Assembly: GCA_022821065.1 (NCBI GenBank)
Contig: JAJEEK010000079.1
Coordinates: forward strand, 12,839 to 76,838
Length of the DNA stretch: 64,000 bases
Direction: 5' to 3'
DNA from: Candidatus Poribacteria bacterium
Lineage (GTDB): Bacteria > Poribacteria > WGA-4E > WGA-3G
A model generated the notes under the pieces. It searched no databases, had not been told where the DNA came from, and was given only the letters and a program-made list of their open reading frames with translations. A program made the translations under genes and the position numbers. Every line of letters starts with the position of its first letter. Position 1 is the stretch's first letter. This document shows, piece by piece, positions 45,872 to 55,965 of the stretch.

Positions 45872-46609
45872 ATGAAGACGGTTATGATTCTGATTTGCGC
45901 AGCCTTAATGTTTGGTTTTATCGCAGTCGTGTCCGCTGATGTATGGACCGACCCGTTTGATGGTAACGAACTCGTTGACGGATGGGAGTTCCGCGACTAT
46001 CGCGACGAAGTCACGGAGCTTGAAGTCAAGGACGGTTTCCTTCAGATGACCAATCCGAATGGCGGATGGGGGCATACGACCCCAGACAAACCTATGCTTG
46101 AACGAGAAGTCCCCAAAAGTGCCGCGAAAAATATAACGGTGAGTGGGATCTTTTCCACCGAACCTGATACACCCGGAAGTTTCTGGGTCGGTATCTTTCT
46201 CTATAGTGATGAAGACCTGAATTACGCCTGTTTGTTGTTTGGTGGTTCCGCAAATGATCCGCAAAAAACGCTCATTGGGAGTATGGTCAACGCCAATTGG
46301 CAAGACAAGGGACACTTCGACACCGGTTTTGATGTCCCAGTCCACCTTAAGATTGTCAAAGAAGGAGACCTTTTCTCCGGTTACTACCGTGAAGACGAAA
46401 AAGATGAGTGGAAACTCTCTGGCGACAAAACGTGGAACCACAAATTCGACGTAGAACGCGTCGGTGTTGGCTTTATGAACAACTGGGGCGGAAAAACCGT
46501 TACTTTCTTTGTCGATTCACTGTCTATTGAAGGCGAAGGGATTAAGCCGCTTGCAGTCGCGCCAGAAGGTAAATTAGCGACAATCTGGGGGAACCTCAAA
46601 ACGAACTAA
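45872..46609 (+). CDS. secreted hypothetical protein with the conserved C-terminal tail
   Basis: The ATG at 45872 follows GGAGG. Signal peptide MKTVMILICAALMFGFIAVVSA. The C-terminus is LAVAPEGKLATIWGNLKTN. Confidence 0.5.
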   Translation: MKTVMILICAALMFGFIAVVSADVWTDPFDGNELVDGWEFRDYRDEVTELEVKDGFLQMTNPNGGWGHTTPDKPMLEREVPKSAAKNITVSGIFSTEPDTPGSFWVGIFLYSDEDLNYACLLFGGSANDPQKTLIGSMVNANWQDKGHFDTGFDVPVHLKIVKEGDLFSGYYREDEKDEWKLSGDKTWNHKFDVERVGVGFMNNWGGKTVTFFVDSLSIEGEGIKPLAVAPEGKLATIWGNLKTN

Positions 46610-46771
46610 TCATCTAAATCGGGTGAATATTTTCTAAGCAAGAAGAGATCATATTTCACCGGACACACCGGCATATTTAAAACGGGGTGGGCAATGACCA
46701 CCCCTAAATCCTGTATCTACAAAACACACCGCCTACAGACGACACAAAAAACAAGGAGAAACGCTACCACC

Positions 46772-49700
46772 ATGTCCATTCCCAAAATGTCCGTAAATAA
46801 CCCCGTTTTAGCGAACCTGCTGATGATTATTATTATTGCTTTCGGGATGTACGCATGGATAAACCTACCACGAGAACTCACGCCAGAAATCGCATTACAG
46901 ACTGCAACTGTCACAACACTCTATCCAGGTGCCTCTCCAGAAGAGGTCGAGAAACTCGTTTCAGCACCTATTGAAGATGCTATTGAAGAGAACGTCAGTA
47001 AAATCAATTTGCTGCTTTCTAATTCTTCGGAAGGTAGATCTGTCATCACTATCGATTTTGAAGAGATGAGTGACCGAGAATTCGACAAAGAACTTGAAAG
47101 CTTACGGACTGCCGTAGAACAGGTCAATGAACTCCCCGAAGAAATTTTGGAGGATCCGCAGGTCGTAGAACTCGATGTCTCGTCCGGTTTTCCGATGCTG
47201 ACGATTGTTGTCGGCGGCGACATTTCGGAATCCCAGATGCGGGATATCGCCGAAAATTTAAAAGATGAAGTCTTAGACATCAAAAATATAGCGTCCGTTC
47301 AAATAGCGGGACTCCGGGATCGGGAAATTTGGATTGAGGTGGACCCCAACCGGTTAAAGGCGTATCAACTCCCGATTGCGGCAGTTATCAACGCACTCGG
47401 GGCAAGCAATTTGAACCTACCTGCTGGTACCATGGAACTCGGCGACACAGAATTCATGGTTCGGACGATGGGGGAATTCGCGAACCCAGACATCATCGGC
47501 GACACGATCATCGCTGTTCAACCGACAGGTACACCCCTCCGCCTCCGCGACGTTGCAACCGTCTCAGACACTTATGAAGAAGCGCGTACCCTCGCACGCA
47601 TCAACGGCAAACCGTCTATTAGCCTGAGTGTGCAAAAGAAGACGGAGGGAAACACAATCGCTTTAGTGGCACAACTCCGGGAATTGGTCGCGAAACGGCA
47701 AGAAGATCTTCCCGATGGTGCTGAATTGACACCCGTTAACGACTATTCCGTCATCTTAAAGGAGCGTCTCGGCATCTTAGAGACGAATGCCATTTTCGGG
47801 TTGATTCTTGTTGTGTTCATGCTCCTATTGTTTATCGGTTGGCGGAACGCGCTATTCGCTGCACTCGGCATACCGGTCGCGTTCATGGCAACGTTCTGGT
47901 TTATGTCTATAGCAGGTTATTCACTCAGCGGTGTCTCTCTTTTTGGGTTGATCTTAGTGGTTGGAATTGTTGTTGACGATGCCATTGTCGTTATAGAGAA
48001 CATCTATCGGCACATTGAGGCGGGCGCGCCGCCGAAAGTTGCCGCCATTCGCGGCGCGCAAGAGGTCGGATGGCCGGTGGTTGCCGCAAGTTTGACAACA
48101 ATCTGTGCGTTTGGCCCCTTGATGTTCATGTCTGGAACCGCCGGTCAGTTCATGCGGATTGTTCCGATCATGGCAATTCTGGTGCTGATCGCTTCACTCT
48201 TTGAAGTCTTTGTCATTTTACCGGCACACGTCGCTGAGTGGGGCAAACCGAGAACCCCGCGAACAGGGCGCAGTCGGCTTGATAACTTGCGAACCCGATC
48301 TCGAAGTACTTTTAGCCTAATTGTCCTCATCACTGGCTTTTTCAGTTGGTTCATCACGTTTTTCGACCTCATCCGGAGCCGATATGTTAAAATCCTGAAA
48401 GTAACAATCCGCCACCGGTACGCCTTTGTCGGAAGTGTCCTTTTTATCGGTTTAATCGCGTGTGTCACTGCGTTTGTTATTCTTGACAAAGAACTCTTCC
48501 CAGGCGAAGACTTTCCGCAATTCTACGTCAAAGCCGAGATGCCACCTTCTTACGGTATGCAAGAGACAACTGCAGTCATGGCACAAATTGAAGAAGCCGC
48601 GAAGACGCTTCCCTCAAGTGAAGTCGCTGCGATTGTCAGCAATATCGGTATCCATACACCTACCTCAGGACTGACGGAAGGGGTTACTTACGGATCAAAT
48701 TTTGGCGAAGTCATCATTGAACTCACACCCAAACAGCAACGGACCCGCGGTGTTGATGAAATCATGGCTGCTATGCGGAAAGAGACCTTGACCGTCAGCG
48801 GCATTGAGGAACTCAATTATATTACGCAACAGGGGGGACCCCCGCAAGGGCAAGATGTGGAAGTCAAAGTCAAGGGGGATCGGTTTGATAAACTGACTGA
48901 ACTGACGGATATGCTTAAAACAGAATTAGCGGGGATAGATGGTGTCTATGACATTCGAGACGATTTTCGGACAGGGAAATCCGAATTACGTATCTATCTC
49001 AAGCCGGAGAAGGCACATCAATACGGGTTAACGACATTCCAGATCGCGCAAACGGTTCGGATCGCTATTGAAGGTGCCAAAGCGACAACTTATCGTGAAG
49101 CGGACGAAGCAATTGATGTCGTCGTCAAATACGAGGAAGATAGCCTCAAAAACATCGTAGAACTCAATAATTTGTTAATCGCAACCCCGACCGGCGCGAT
49201 TGTGCCACTCAAAGATGTCGCAGACATCACAGAAGAAACAGGATACGCTGACATCCGTCGATTTGATGGAGAACGCGCAATTACGGTTTATGCCTCCGTA
49301 GACAGACAGAAAACAACACCTTTTGAAGTGAATCAGGCGTTAATAGGGGCGTTTGCCAATGTTGAGGCATTGTATCCAGGATACAAACTTGATTTTCGAG
49401 GCGTTTTCGATGAAATTGTGGAATCTTTTTCGGAACTGTGGAAGTTGTTTGTTGTCGGATTGTTGTTAATCTATGTGATATTAGGTGCGCAATTCAAATC
49501 ATTTATACAACCGATCGTCATTATGTTCGCGGTGCCGTTCGGTATGATCGGTGCGATGGTCGGATTACTACTTTCCAATGCAACACTTAGCATGGTCGCT
49601 ATGTTTGGTATCGTCGCACTTTCAGGGATTGTGGTGAACGATTCGATTGTGCTCATAGACTTCATCAACAAATACCGAGAACGCGGCTACAACAAATGGT

Positions 49701-50002
49701 ACGCCATCTTGAAAGGCGGAAGCATCCGACTCCGTCCGATTATTCTCACCTCATTAACGACGATCTTCGGACTTATTCCGATGGCGATCGGGCTTGGTGG
49801 CAAGTCACCTATATGGATGCCGATGGCATACACCATCATCTTCGGACTTGCATTCGCAACCACGATGACGCTGTTTGTAATGCCTGCACTCTACGCGATT
49901 ACGACAGACTTAAGAGGTCTCGTTCTGAGAAACCCAGAGGAACGCTTCCAAACCGTTTCCGACGAAGATTTGATAGGTGAAGCAGTTCCAGCGGATGACT
50001 AA
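46772..50002 (+). CDS. RND superfamily efflux permease (AcrB/HAE1-like), copy 1
   Basis: A protein of about 1075 aa with the typical 12-TMS, two-large-loop topology (MSVNNPVLANLLMIIII...VDDAIVVIENI). The ATG at 46772 follows AAGGAG. Confidence 0.7.
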   Translation: MSIPKMSVNNPVLANLLMIIIIAFGMYAWINLPRELTPEIALQTATVTTLYPGASPEEVEKLVSAPIEDAIEENVSKINLLLSNSSEGRSVITIDFEEMSDREFDKELESLRTAVEQVNELPEEILEDPQVVELDVSSGFPMLTIVVGGDISESQMRDIAENLKDEVLDIKNIASVQIAGLRDREIWIEVDPNRLKAYQLPIAAVINALGASNLNLPAGTMELGDTEFMVRTMGEFANPDIIGDTIIAVQPTGTPLRLRDVATVSDTYEEARTLARINGKPSISLSVQKKTEGNTIALVAQLRELVAKRQEDLPDGAELTPVNDYSVILKERLGILETNAIFGLILVVFMLLLFIGWRNALFAALGIPVAFMATFWFMSIAGYSLSGVSLFGLILVVGIVVDDAIVVIENIYRHIEAGAPPKVAAIRGAQEVGWPVVAASLTTICAFGPLMFMSGTAGQFMRIVPIMAILVLIASLFEVFVILPAHVAEWGKPRTPRTGRSRLDNLRTRSRSTFSLIVLITGFFSWFITFFDLIRSRYVKILKVTIRHRYAFVGSVLFIGLIACVTAFVILDKELFPGEDFPQFYVKAEMPPSYGMQETTAVMAQIEEAAKTLPSSEVAAIVSNIGIHTPTSGLTEGVTYGSNFGEVIIELTPKQQRTRGVDEIMAAMRKETLTVSGIEELNYITQQGGPPQGQDVEVKVKGDRFDKLTELTDMLKTELAGIDGVYDIRDDFRTGKSELRIYLKPEKAHQYGLTTFQIAQTVRIAIEGAKATTYREADEAIDVVVKYEEDSLKNIVELNNLLIATPTGAIVPLKDVADITEETGYADIRRFDGERAITVYASVDRQKTTPFEVNQALIGAFANVEALYPGYKLDFRGVFDEIVESFSELWKLFVVGLLLIYVILGAQFKSFIQPIVIMFAVPFGMIGAMVGLLLSNATLSMVAMFGIVALSGIVVNDSIVLIDFINKYRERGYNKWYAILKGGSIRLRPIILTSLTTIFGLIPMAIGLGGKSPIWMPMAYTIIFGLAFATTMTLFVMPALYAITTDLRGLVLRNPEERFQTVSDEDLIGEAVPADD

Positions 50003-50114
50003 ATCTATGGTAGGGTGGGGCATAGGTGCCTCACCCTATACTGCTTTTTGTGGAATGCAGATCTGTAGTCTAAGTATTAAGTACCCTATCCCCACATAGT
50101 CAAACGCTATCACC

Positions 50115-53100
50115 ATGTCTATCACTAAGATGTCTGTGAACAACCCTGTTTTAGCGAATCTCCTGATGATTATAATCATCGTTTTTGGGTTGTACGCATG
50201 GCTGAACCTACCGCGGGAACTCACCCCAGAAGTCTCAGTCCAGAGCGCAGTTGTGACAACGCTATATCCGGGCGCATCCCCAGAAGAAGTTGAAAAGCTT
50301 GTCACCGCTCCTATTGAAGATGCTGTTGAAGAGAACGTCAACAGAGTTGACCTATTATTTTCTACCTCTTCAGAGGGGCGTTCTGTTATATTCGTCGATT
50401 TTGAGGAGATAAGCGACCGGGATTTTGACAAGGAACTTGAAAACCTACGCACCGCTGTTGAGCAGGTCAATGCGTTGCCAGAGGATATTTTAGAGGATCC
50501 AAGGGTCCAAGAATTTGATATTTCATTTGGTTTTCCTATTTTAACGATTGTTGTCGGTGGAAATATTGCGGAAACGCAGATGCGGGATATTGCTGAAAAT
50601 CTCAAAGATGAGATCTCGGACATCAAAAACATTGCCTCTGTCCGAATGGCAGGTCTCCGTGAGCGGGAAATATGGATTGAGGTGAACCCGGATCGATTGA
50701 AGGCATATCGACTCCCAATTTCAGCCGTCATTACCGCGCTCGGAACCACCAACTTGAACCTCCCCGCCGGCACCATGGAACTGGGAGGCACAGAATTTAT
50801 GATCCGAACGATGGGAGAATTCACCAATTTGGACACTATTGGCGAAACTCTCATCACTGTTCAGCCAACGGGGACGCTTCTCCGTCTGAAAGATGTTGCA
50901 ACGATCTCTGACACCTACGAAGAGGTGCGAACGCTATCGCGACTTGATGGACAACCTTCGATTAGCCTGAGTGTGCAAAAGAAGACTGAGGGAAACACAA
51001 TCACATTAGTTGCTAAACTTCGAGAATTAGTCAACAATCGGAGAATAGATATCCCTGAAGATGCTGAGTTAACGGTTGTTAATGACTATTCCGTTATTCT
51101 CAAAGAACGATTGGGTATTCTTGAAACAAATGCGTTTTTCGGTTTGGTGCTTGTTGTGCTAATGCTCCTTCTCTTTATTGGATGGCGGAATGCCTTATTT
51201 GCGGCACTCGGCATACCGGTTGCCTTCATGGCAACATTTTGGTTTATGTCCATTGCGGGTTATACGCTAAATGGCGTTGCCCTGTTTGGGCTTATTTTAG
51301 TTGTAGGAATTGTCGTTGATGACGCGATTGTTGTCATAGAAAATATCTATCGGTATATTGAGTCTGGATTATCTCCAAAAGTTGCCGCTATCCGCGGCGC
51401 AGAAGAGGTCGGTTGGCCTGTTGTAGCGGCAAGCTTAACGACAATCTGTGCTTTTGGCCCCTTGATGTTTATGTCTGGTGTTACTGGGCAGTTTATGCGG
51501 ATCGTGCCGGTTATGGCGATTCTGGTGTTGATCGCATCTCTTTTTGAAGTCTTCGTCATTTTACCGGCACACGTCGCTGAATGGGGAAGAACCAAAATTC
51601 GCACAGGGCGCAGCAGACTTGAAAATCTCCGAACCGAGTCTCCGAGGGGTTTCACCCTCGGTGTCCGAATTGTCGGCTTTTTCGTGTGGTTTGCCATGTT
51701 CTTTGAATTAATTCGGAACCGATATGTTAGAATCCTAAAAATAACCATTCGACACCGATATGTGTTTGTAGGGAGTGTCCTCTTCTTCGGATTGGTTGCA
51801 TGCATCGGGGCATTCTTTGTTCTTGACAGGGAGCTCTTCCCTGGTGAAGAGTTCCCACAATTTTATGTCCAAGCCGAGATGCCGCCTTCCTACGGAATAC
51901 AGGAAACAACAGAAGTAATTGTCCAAATTGAAGAGATGGCTAAAAGACTTCCATCAACTGAAGTTGATGCGGTCGTCAGCAATGTCGGTTTACACACATT
52001 TATGTCAGGTTTGATAAGAAGAAGTGTTACCTACGGCTCAAATTTAGGAGAGGTAATCGTCGAGCTCACACCAAAACAAGAACGCCCCCGAGGTGTGGAT
52101 GAAATCATCGCAGAACTACGGACGAAAACCGCCGCAATTAGTGGAATTGAGCGGCTGGGTTTTGTCACACAGGACGGCGGGGCACCACAAGTCGCAGATG
52201 TGAGGGTGAGAGTAAAAGGACCGAGATTTGAGAATCTGATTGAACTCGCTGGTGTTCTTAAGACAACCCTATCTCAGATAGATGGCGTTTACGATATCCA
52301 AGATGACTTCAGCATCGGAAAGTCTGAACTGCACATCTATTTGAATCAGGAGAAAGCATATCAATATGGATTAACGACGTTTCAGGTTGCACAAACCGTT
52401 CGGACAGCGATTGACGGGGCTAAAGCGACAACCTATCGTGAAGCAGACGCGGCGATTAATGTCATCGTCAAATATGAGGAGGACACACTTACAAATCTCG
52501 CTGAACTTAATAATCTCTTGATTGCAACACCCACCGGTACGATTGTTCCACTCAAAGATGTTGCGAACATCGTGGTGGAAAAAGGATACGCAGATGTCCA
52601 TCGATTCGATGGTGAACGCGCAATTACGGTTTATGCATCTGTCGATAGACAGAAAACAACGCCACTTGAAGTGGATCAAGCGTTAAAGGATGCCTTTGCC
52701 GATGTTGAGGCACTGTACCCAGGCTACCAACTCGATTTTCGAGGCGTTTTCGATGAAATTGCGGAATCCTTTTCCGAGTTGTGGAAGTTGTTCATTGTTG
52801 GGCTGTTGCTCATCTATGTGGTATTGGGTGCACAATTCAGGTCGTTTATACAACCGATTATCATTATGTTCGCGGTGCCGTTTGGTATGATCGGTGCGAT
52901 GGTCGGACTCCTGCTTTCCCATGCAACACTTAGCGTCGTCGCTATGTTCGGTATCGTTGCGCTCTCAGGGATTGTCGTCAACGATTCGATTGTGCTCATA
53001 GACTTTATCAATAAATACCGAGAACGCGGCTACAACAAGTGGTACGCCATCTTGAAAGGCGGAAGCATCCGACTCCGTCCGATTATTCTCACCTCATTAA

Positions 53101-53345
53101 CGACGATCTTCGGACTTATTCCGATGGCAATCGGACTCGGTGGCAGGTCACCTATATGGATGCCGATGGCGTATACGATCATTTTCGGACTCGCCGTTGC
53201 AACCGCGATGACCCTGTTCGTAATGCCTGCACTCTACGCGATTACATCAGACTTACGAGGTCTCGTTCTGAGAAACCCAGAAGAACGCTTCCGAACCGTT
53301 TCAGATGAAGACCTGTTGGATACCGCAGTCCCAGCGGATGATTAG
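50115..53345 (+). CDS. RND superfamily efflux permease (AcrB/HAE1-like), copy 2
   Basis: About 80% identical to copy 1 and lying in tandem with it. Confidence 0.7.
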   Translation: MSITKMSVNNPVLANLLMIIIIVFGLYAWLNLPRELTPEVSVQSAVVTTLYPGASPEEVEKLVTAPIEDAVEENVNRVDLLFSTSSEGRSVIFVDFEEISDRDFDKELENLRTAVEQVNALPEDILEDPRVQEFDISFGFPILTIVVGGNIAETQMRDIAENLKDEISDIKNIASVRMAGLREREIWIEVNPDRLKAYRLPISAVITALGTTNLNLPAGTMELGGTEFMIRTMGEFTNLDTIGETLITVQPTGTLLRLKDVATISDTYEEVRTLSRLDGQPSISLSVQKKTEGNTITLVAKLRELVNNRRIDIPEDAELTVVNDYSVILKERLGILETNAFFGLVLVVLMLLLFIGWRNALFAALGIPVAFMATFWFMSIAGYTLNGVALFGLILVVGIVVDDAIVVIENIYRYIESGLSPKVAAIRGAEEVGWPVVAASLTTICAFGPLMFMSGVTGQFMRIVPVMAILVLIASLFEVFVILPAHVAEWGRTKIRTGRSRLENLRTESPRGFTLGVRIVGFFVWFAMFFELIRNRYVRILKITIRHRYVFVGSVLFFGLVACIGAFFVLDRELFPGEEFPQFYVQAEMPPSYGIQETTEVIVQIEEMAKRLPSTEVDAVVSNVGLHTFMSGLIRRSVTYGSNLGEVIVELTPKQERPRGVDEIIAELRTKTAAISGIERLGFVTQDGGAPQVADVRVRVKGPRFENLIELAGVLKTTLSQIDGVYDIQDDFSIGKSELHIYLNQEKAYQYGLTTFQVAQTVRTAIDGAKATTYREADAAINVIVKYEEDTLTNLAELNNLLIATPTGTIVPLKDVANIVVEKGYADVHRFDGERAITVYASVDRQKTTPLEVDQALKDAFADVEALYPGYQLDFRGVFDEIAESFSELWKLFIVGLLLIYVVLGAQFRSFIQPIIIMFAVPFGMIGAMVGLLLSHATLSVVAMFGIVALSGIVVNDSIVLIDFINKYRERGYNKWYAILKGGSIRLRPIILTSLTTIFGLIPMAIGLGGRSPIWMPMAYTIIFGLAVATAMTLFVMPALYAITSDLRGLVLRNPEERFRTVSDEDLLDTAVPADD

Positions 53346-53358
53346 AACCAGAAAAGTG

Positions 53359-53415
53359 AAACCCAACATCTATACGCCCGTCATGGCACAAAATGTTGGG
53401 TTTCGCTTGTTTTTG
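53359..53415 (+). terminator. rho-independent terminator after the RND gene pair
   Basis: Perfect 11-bp stem AAACCCAACAT / ATGTTGGGTTT with a 23-nt loop, followed by CGCTTGTTTTTG. Confidence 0.6.
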
Positions 53416-53562
53416 ATGATTTTAGGTTCTGATGATTTAATACTATTTCTAAACGTTTATCTTCATTAACCGCACACCCTCCACTCAGACTCGGTAGGTT
53501 CGGTTTCCTAACCGAACCGGGCATAACTCAAAAATGGCGGCACTTTTAAGATGAAGCATCAA

Positions 53563-53757
53563 TTAGAAAGCGATTGTAAGAATATCACTGTCGGGACAGT
53601 TCGGGTTGCGTCCCGGTCTGTGAGCCGCAGCGTTTGGAAAATGGAAATCATAGATGGTTTTCATTATTTTTTCAACCACCTTTGTGACGGTGATGAGCGT
53701 GCGGGATTGATTTTTCAGTTGCAACGCAATGTGTTGTAAAGTATACTGTAACTCCAT
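53563..53757 (-). CDS. hypothetical 64-aa protein
   Basis: A strong AGGAGG RBS lies 8 nt upstream of the ATG. It sits at the edge of the AT-rich island. The plus-strand ORF 53551-53739 overlaps it and is judged less likely. Confidence 0.35.
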   Translation of the reverse strand: MELQYTLQHIALQLKNQSRTLITVTKVVEKIMKTIYDFHFPNAAAHRPGRNPNCPDSDILTIAF

Positions 53758-53918
53758 TCTTACGCCTCCTGTGGAGTATTGGCTTTATCCATAAAGGTAG
53801 TATAAGAATGGTATTATTCAAAACCCAAAACTAATTAGCACAAGTCGTTTCTACTTATATGAAACGATATTTTATAAAAAGTTATTAGTACAAGTCGTTA
53901 AAATAAGAAGGAGGCATA

Positions 53919-54134
53919 ATGGTTTATTTTCAACGTAGAAGGCATGGCAAGTGGTGCGACGCAAGAACCTATCCGAGACGTTGTAAACATTGTAAACGCA
54001 AGGTCTTCTACCTTGAATGTAGGTGTGGATGTAAAGTTTTCTTTACTAAATTAGGGGAACCCTGGCCAATTCATGATTGCCAGCAAGACGACCGACAGTT
54101 ACAGTTCGATTTTGAACAGGAGGAGAACTCATGA
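53919..54134 (+). CDS. small Cys-rich (zinc-ribbon-like) protein
   Basis: CDARTYPRRCKHCKRKVFYLECRCGC contains seven Cys in CxxC-like spacing. It has an AAGGAGG RBS and overlaps the next gene by 4 nt. Confidence 0.4.
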   Translation: MVYFQRRRHGKWCDARTYPRRCKHCKRKVFYLECRCGCKVFFTKLGEPWPIHDCQQDDRQLQFDFEQEENS

Positions 54135-54556
54135 AAGAGAAGATCGTATTTTTTATTTTCGGTGCAGTGTTAGCAACTATCGCTTACACTATCGGCGATA
54201 ACAACAGCAACGCACAGAATTTTCGTGCAGGTATAACCGAGTTTGACGAAATACAGTGCAGAAAATTGACTGTGTTCAGTGAAATACAGGCGAGTAAACT
54301 AATGGTATATGATCCGATAAATGAATCAGGGGCTATTACACTGGATTTTAGTGAATATGGTCCTATAATGACAATAGCCAATTTTGATGAAAACAGTGGT
54401 GTTGTGTTTATACAGGCTTTACGTGGTTCAGCCGAAATGTCTCTGACAACTAGAGACAAACTTGCGAACTTGAAAAAGGGTCTCTCTCTCGTTGCCAGAC
54501 GAAACGGATCTGAAGTTACTATAGAAGGCGAAGAAATAAGCAAATCCAGACAATAA
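54131..54556 (+). CDS. hypothetical membrane-anchored protein coupled to the zinc-ribbon gene
   Basis: N-terminal transmembrane segment IVFFIFGAVLATIAYTIG. It is translationally coupled through an ATGA overlap. Confidence 0.4.
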   Translation: MKEKIVFFIFGAVLATIAYTIGDNNSNAQNFRAGITEFDEIQCRKLTVFSEIQASKLMVYDPINESGAITLDFSEYGPIMTIANFDENSGVVFIQALRGSAEMSLTTRDKLANLKKGLSLVARRNGSEVTIEGEEISKSRQ

Positions 54557-54768
54557 CCCAATGCAGTAGGTTGTGCCGTTAACAACCTATCCAACCTTAC
54601 GAGGTAAACTATGAACTCAATACTTAAGGCAGAAGCCGGTCTTTATATGCTTAAGGAAGTTGTCATAGATGTTTTCCTATCACTGTGACGGGCTTCGACA
54701 CGTCGTTTACGCGTTAATTCCGTCAGTTGTAAGGAACTGAGAGGACTTTGCTGATCAAAGCAAATTTT

Positions 54769-55098
54769 CTAACTCGGTGGGAAATCTGTAATATCTGTCA
54801 ATTCTGATTCCGCTATTAAAAGCGGCATACCTCGCAGGACACCACGGTTCGGCGTACATATAAGATAGGTCATCGACTCAAAGATCGCAACCACAAGCTC
54901 TTTGTTCCGCGGATCTGGTTTCCCTACTTCTACATAATAGTCTTCGCCGCGTTTCTGATAGGCAATACTGAAAATACGTCTATCTGAAACATCCCAGTCC
55001 AGTGTCTCTTCCGCAAATTTCTTAACAGATTCCCAGACTTCCTCTGCTTGGGCATCGTCTTTCGCTTTAGGAATAAAAAATTTTGTTTCTGTGGTCAT
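54769..55098 (-). CDS. hypothetical 109-aa protein; a 5' remnant of this gene is duplicated at about 55985
   Basis: ORF with an RBS. Its first 6 codons plus the upstream region are repeated at 55985-56005. Confidence 0.4.
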   Translation of the reverse strand: MTTETKFFIPKAKDDAQAEEVWESVKKFAEETLDWDVSDRRIFSIAYQKRGEDYYVEVGKPDPRNKELVVAIFESMTYLICTPNRGVLRGMPLLIAESELTDITDFPPS

Positions 55099-55111
55099 GT
55101 TGATTCCTCTT

Positions 55112-55474
55112 TCAGGCAGCCACTCTTTCGGAAAAGTAGCGATCTAACAATTCTTCCAAATCAAACAGGGAACCATTTAAATGGACAGGATTGATTGTTA
55201 ATTCTGTTGCCTCACGGGCAAGAGCATCTAACAACTCTGATGTAATAATGGTATTTTCTGTATCAAACAGATAATGATTTAATTGGACAAGATCCGTATT
55301 CATTGCCTCAACCGCACTTGTTCTGCTTACACTTGCTGTGCTCACCATATTCTCGATTTCCAGTGCTAATAATCTTTTTAGCGCGCGTTCTGTTACTTCC
55401 TCAAGAATTCCCTCCTCTGCAAGAAAATTATCAAATCTGTCCCCTTCATACTTATTCATACTAAGATCCCTCAC
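55112..55474 (-). CDS. HigA-like (XRE-type) antitoxin, copy 1
   Basis: It overlaps the upstream toxin gene. FDNFLAEEGILEEVTERALKRLLA resembles the N-termini of HigA-type antidotes. The C-terminal half is nucleotide-identical to copy 2. Confidence 0.45.
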   Translation of the reverse strand: MRDLSMNKYEGDRFDNFLAEEGILEEVTERALKRLLALEIENMVSTASVSRTSAVEAMNTDLVQLNHYLFDTENTIITSELLDALAREATELTINPVHLNGSLFDLEELLDRYFSERVAA

Positions 55475-55772
55475 TTTGCCATAATTTATTTCGATTGCGG
55501 GCCAAATTTAAATCCCTCTGTGGAGTCCTTTGAGACTTCTTAATGAAACCATGCAGAAGGATCATCTTACTATCTCTAACGGTAAAAAGAATCCGGGCAA
55601 TACGTCTCTTGCTGAGGCGACTGCGAATTTCCCATAGATATGTTTCCATCTTCCTCACCAAAGGCATACCTAAGGGCCAACCAAATTGCACAAGTCTTAT
55701 ATCTTCTCCAATAGCCTTTCTATCCGCGTCATCAAGACTTTTAAGCCATTGCTGTACAGGCATCCGGCCCAC
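55461..55772 (-). CDS. HigB/Gp49-like RelE/ParE-superfamily toxin, copy 1
   Basis: VQQWLKSLDDADRKAIGEDIRLVQFGWPLG...RILFTV...ILLHGFIKKSQRTPQRDL matches the Gp49/HigB-type pattern (WL.sLd...r.ki...i..l......g.P....l...I.E.R........RI.F......ivLL..F.KK.Q.tP..e.). Confidence 0.55.
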   Translation of the reverse strand: MGRMPVQQWLKSLDDADRKAIGEDIRLVQFGWPLGMPLVRKMETYLWEIRSRLSKRRIARILFTVRDSKMILLHGFIKKSQRTPQRDLNLARNRNKLWQSEGS

Positions 55773-55965
55773 ATCGGTACGAAAAAAGACAACGCTAAGG
55801 ACAGGATCTCTGCTGATAAAAATAAACCAAGGTTTGAAACAATCTACCGCTGACCTAAATTCAACTTACAAAGTTTGGTCCCTAACAATTTTACCAGATT
55901 AGCACCAATTTTGGAAAGTAAAACGGACAGAACTGTTTCCGACCGTTGTTAGTTCAACGGAATGT

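Noticed and set aside
50036-50857. 273-aa minus-strand ORF overlapping the N-terminus of RND copy 2, and the similar 46921-47283 ORF in copy 1
   Set aside because: It is antisense to a confidently identified RND permease and has a low-complexity Ser-rich translation.
53551-53739. Plus-strand 62-aa ORF overlapping the minus-strand 64-aa ORF
   Set aside because: The minus-strand ORF has a perfect AGGAGG RBS and the plus-strand one has none, so only the minus-strand ORF is kept, at low confidence.
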